DNA from: an uncultured Acidobacteriota bacterium
Lineage (GTDB): Bacteria; Acidobacteriota; Blastocatellia; RBC074
NCBI GenBank assembly: GCA_963796275.1
Contig: CAWCKY010000006.1
Location: 1-64,000, forward strand
Reading direction: 5' to 3'
DNA length: 64,000 nucleotides
Shown: piece after piece, positions 62,305 through 64,000 of the stretch
Numbering within the stretch: the first letter of the stretch is position 1
Layout of the letters: every line of letters starts with the position of its first letter
Translations under genes and position numbers: made by a program
The notes under the pieces: model-generated
The model's input: only the letters and a program-made list of their open reading frames with translations
The model's database searches: none
What the model was told of the DNA's origin: nothing

Positions 62305-64000
62305 TTATGGTGACAACGTGAGAACCGAAGGGATACGGGCTGGCTCAGCTATTCGCAATAACCCATACCCGATGCCGGCCAGTCCGGTCATCAGCCCCGG
62401 AGATTCAATCCCCGAGGGCACGCCGCAGACCGGCCCATGTATTTCTAAATCCTGAAGGATAATGGCCGAAATTCGCTCGATCAGGGCTCCGCCGTCATTC
62501 AGCATGGCCCTGGCCTGCAAGAGAAAATCGAGATTGCCCAGGTCGCCGTGACACAAACTGTGGCTCTGGCCGAATCCCCGGGCGAGTGTCAGTTCGAGGG
62601 CCACTCTTATCTCTGCCTGCACCTTTTCATCATCGATCCGCGTGAGCGAAGTCAATCGCCCCAGCCCGATTCCAGGCGCGCCGTGGCACCAGGCCGTCAT
62701 AATATGCCCTTGATCCCTAGTTTCGCGCCGGCGCGGATCTAACCACCCTTGACCCGTCGGCAAAAAGAGGCTCCGCTCATACTCGATAGCTGCGACTGCA
62801 GCACTCCGATAGCGATCCGCATTAGTCACCGCCGCCAACTTCAAAAGCGCCCAGGCGATACCGGCAGCCCCATGCGAGAAACCTGCCAATGGTGTATCTC
62901 CCATGGCGCGCCCGCTCCACCCAATGCCCGTGTTCATTGGTTTACTGCAGGCGATCAGTCGATCTCCGCACTGAGCAGCGACGGCCAGGCTGCGTGCTGA
63001 GCCGGTGCAGTGATGCATACTCAGCAACGCGCCGATGCAGCCGGCAGAGCCTGCGATTACGTCATAGGAGTCATCCCTCTCGATCAAATTGGAAACCAAG
63101 TCGATGATATCTTCAGCCTGCTCGAAGAAAACACGGTCGCGCCAGAGCGCGCCAAGACGCGTCAGGGCATAGATCACTCCGCCCCAACCGCTAAAGCCGC
63201 CGATCAAGGTCAATGACGTCCGCAGTTTCTCGACCTGTCGTTCCATCTGTCTGGAAGCGGCTCGCGCCAGGGCGATGTAACGCTCTTCTCCAGTGAGGTC
63301 TCCGAGGCAGGCGAGAAAAAGAGCGACTCCCGCCACACCGCCGTAGAGATCGACTCCCAAAGGCCTTAATGACCAGGATCGTTCATTGACCGAGGTGAGG
63401 CCTATCCAGGTAGCATCGTCACCACCACGTATGGCTAGCCGCTCCAAACGATCTCCGATCCGGCTGGCCATTTTCAGAAGGACCGAACGCTCAACCGGGC
63501 ATTGATGAGCTTGAGGCTCGGATGATCGAGGGACCGATCTCAGCGAACGCGGTGGCTCCAGAGAGGGTGGCACTAATGAGGCGCGAATAAACCATACTTG
63601 TCTCTCCATATCTTCTTCGCTCAACTCTGAGATCAGAGCTCGGGTCCGGTCCAGCCCTGAATCACGCATCCAGCCTGGAATTCTACGCCCGGCACTGCTC
63701 CATAAATCGAGCGCGCCAACCCGCGTAGTGAAGATGGGGATGTCGCCGCGTTGTAGATCATCGTGCTCATCAGAAATCACGCGAGCCAGCTCAGGCTGAT
63801 GCTCCGCGGCCACCCAGAGCCGGTCGAAGTACCGGTCGCGGTCAAGTCCGCGGCGCAACAGATTCGGATGATAGCTCTCCTGCAGCAGGCGCCCGTAGGT
63901 TGTGGTCGGACGCAAAATGACGCGAATTTCATCATCCGCGAAACGAGCAAGAGCGCCGTTTTCAGCTAATAATTCGCAACCATGTTTTTGAAGTATGCGA
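62305..64000 (-). CDS. lanM: Class II lanthipeptide synthetase LanM (partial, runs off the window)
   Basis: Dehydratase tail RVILRPT..Y and GDIPIFT; cyclase LYGGVAG, GFSHGAAG, WCHGAPG, LCHGDLG, LMTGLAG; frame open to the window edge. Confidence 0.95.
   Translation of the reverse strand, partial: RILQKHGCELLAENGALARFADDEIRVILRPTTTYGRLLQESYHPNLLRRGLDRDRYFDRLWVAAEHQPELARVISDEHDDLQRGDIPIFTTRVGALDLWSSAGRRIPGWMRDSGLDRTRALISELSEEDMERQVWFIRASLVPPSLEPPRSLRSVPRSSEPQAHQCPVERSVLLKMASRIGDRLERLAIRGGDDATWIGLTSVNERSWSLRPLGVDLYGGVAGVALFLACLGDLTGEERYIALARAASRQMERQVEKLRTSLTLIGGFSGWGGVIYALTRLGALWRDRVFFEQAEDIIDLVSNLIERDDSYDVIAGSAGCIGALLSMHHCTGSARSLAVAAQCGDRLIACSKPMNTGIGWSGRAMGDTPLAGFSHGAAGIAWALLKLAAVTNADRYRSAAVAAIEYERSLFLPTGQGWLDPRRRETRDQGHIMTAWCHGAPGIGLGRLTSLTRIDDEKVQAEIRVALELTLARGFGQSHSLCHGDLGNLDFLLQARAMLNDGGALIERISAIILQDLEIHGPVCGVPSGIESPGLMTGLAGIGYGLLRIAEPARIPSVLTLSP

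Overview
Accessory region of a bacterial genome, most likely Acidobacteriota. The evidence is ADOP-type ABC permeases with acidobacterial PadR regulators, Oar-like TonB-dependent receptors, and CRTAC1/ASPIC-UnbV plus TPR genes. From left to right the window holds six blocks. (1) 1-12 kb: a stress/envelope-type cluster (desaturase, Crp/Fnr, lmo0937-like peptide, secreted kinase-like protein plus PLD-like protein, PBP1A pseudogene, DUF899, class D sortase). Six copies of a 14-bp palindrome (GTCCAATATTGGAC) occur between its genes. (2) 12-17 kb: mobile-element debris, including an IS200 remnant, an IS66 with a probable passenger gene, an AbiE remnant and a ~230-bp inverted repeat. (3) 17-45 kb: carbohydrate and uptake loci (GH29, DUF362, methyltransferase-MFS-cupin-TBDR, a sugar-sensing three-component system, and TBDR-serine hydrolase-DUF1549/1553-DUF1501). 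(4) 46-51 kb: an ECF sigma factor with a recently duplicated ChrR-like anti-sigma, then a PAS hybrid kinase. (5) 51-60 kb: decayed PadR/ADOP arrays. (6) 60-64 kb: a solitary attC gene cassette, DUF488, and the 3' end of a class II lanthipeptide cluster (LanM plus an unusual precursor). Many genes carry single-base frameshifts, which may be long-read consensus errors rather than true pseudogenes. No rRNA, tRNA or CRISPR array was found. All family calls come from motif recognition by eye, not from database searches.
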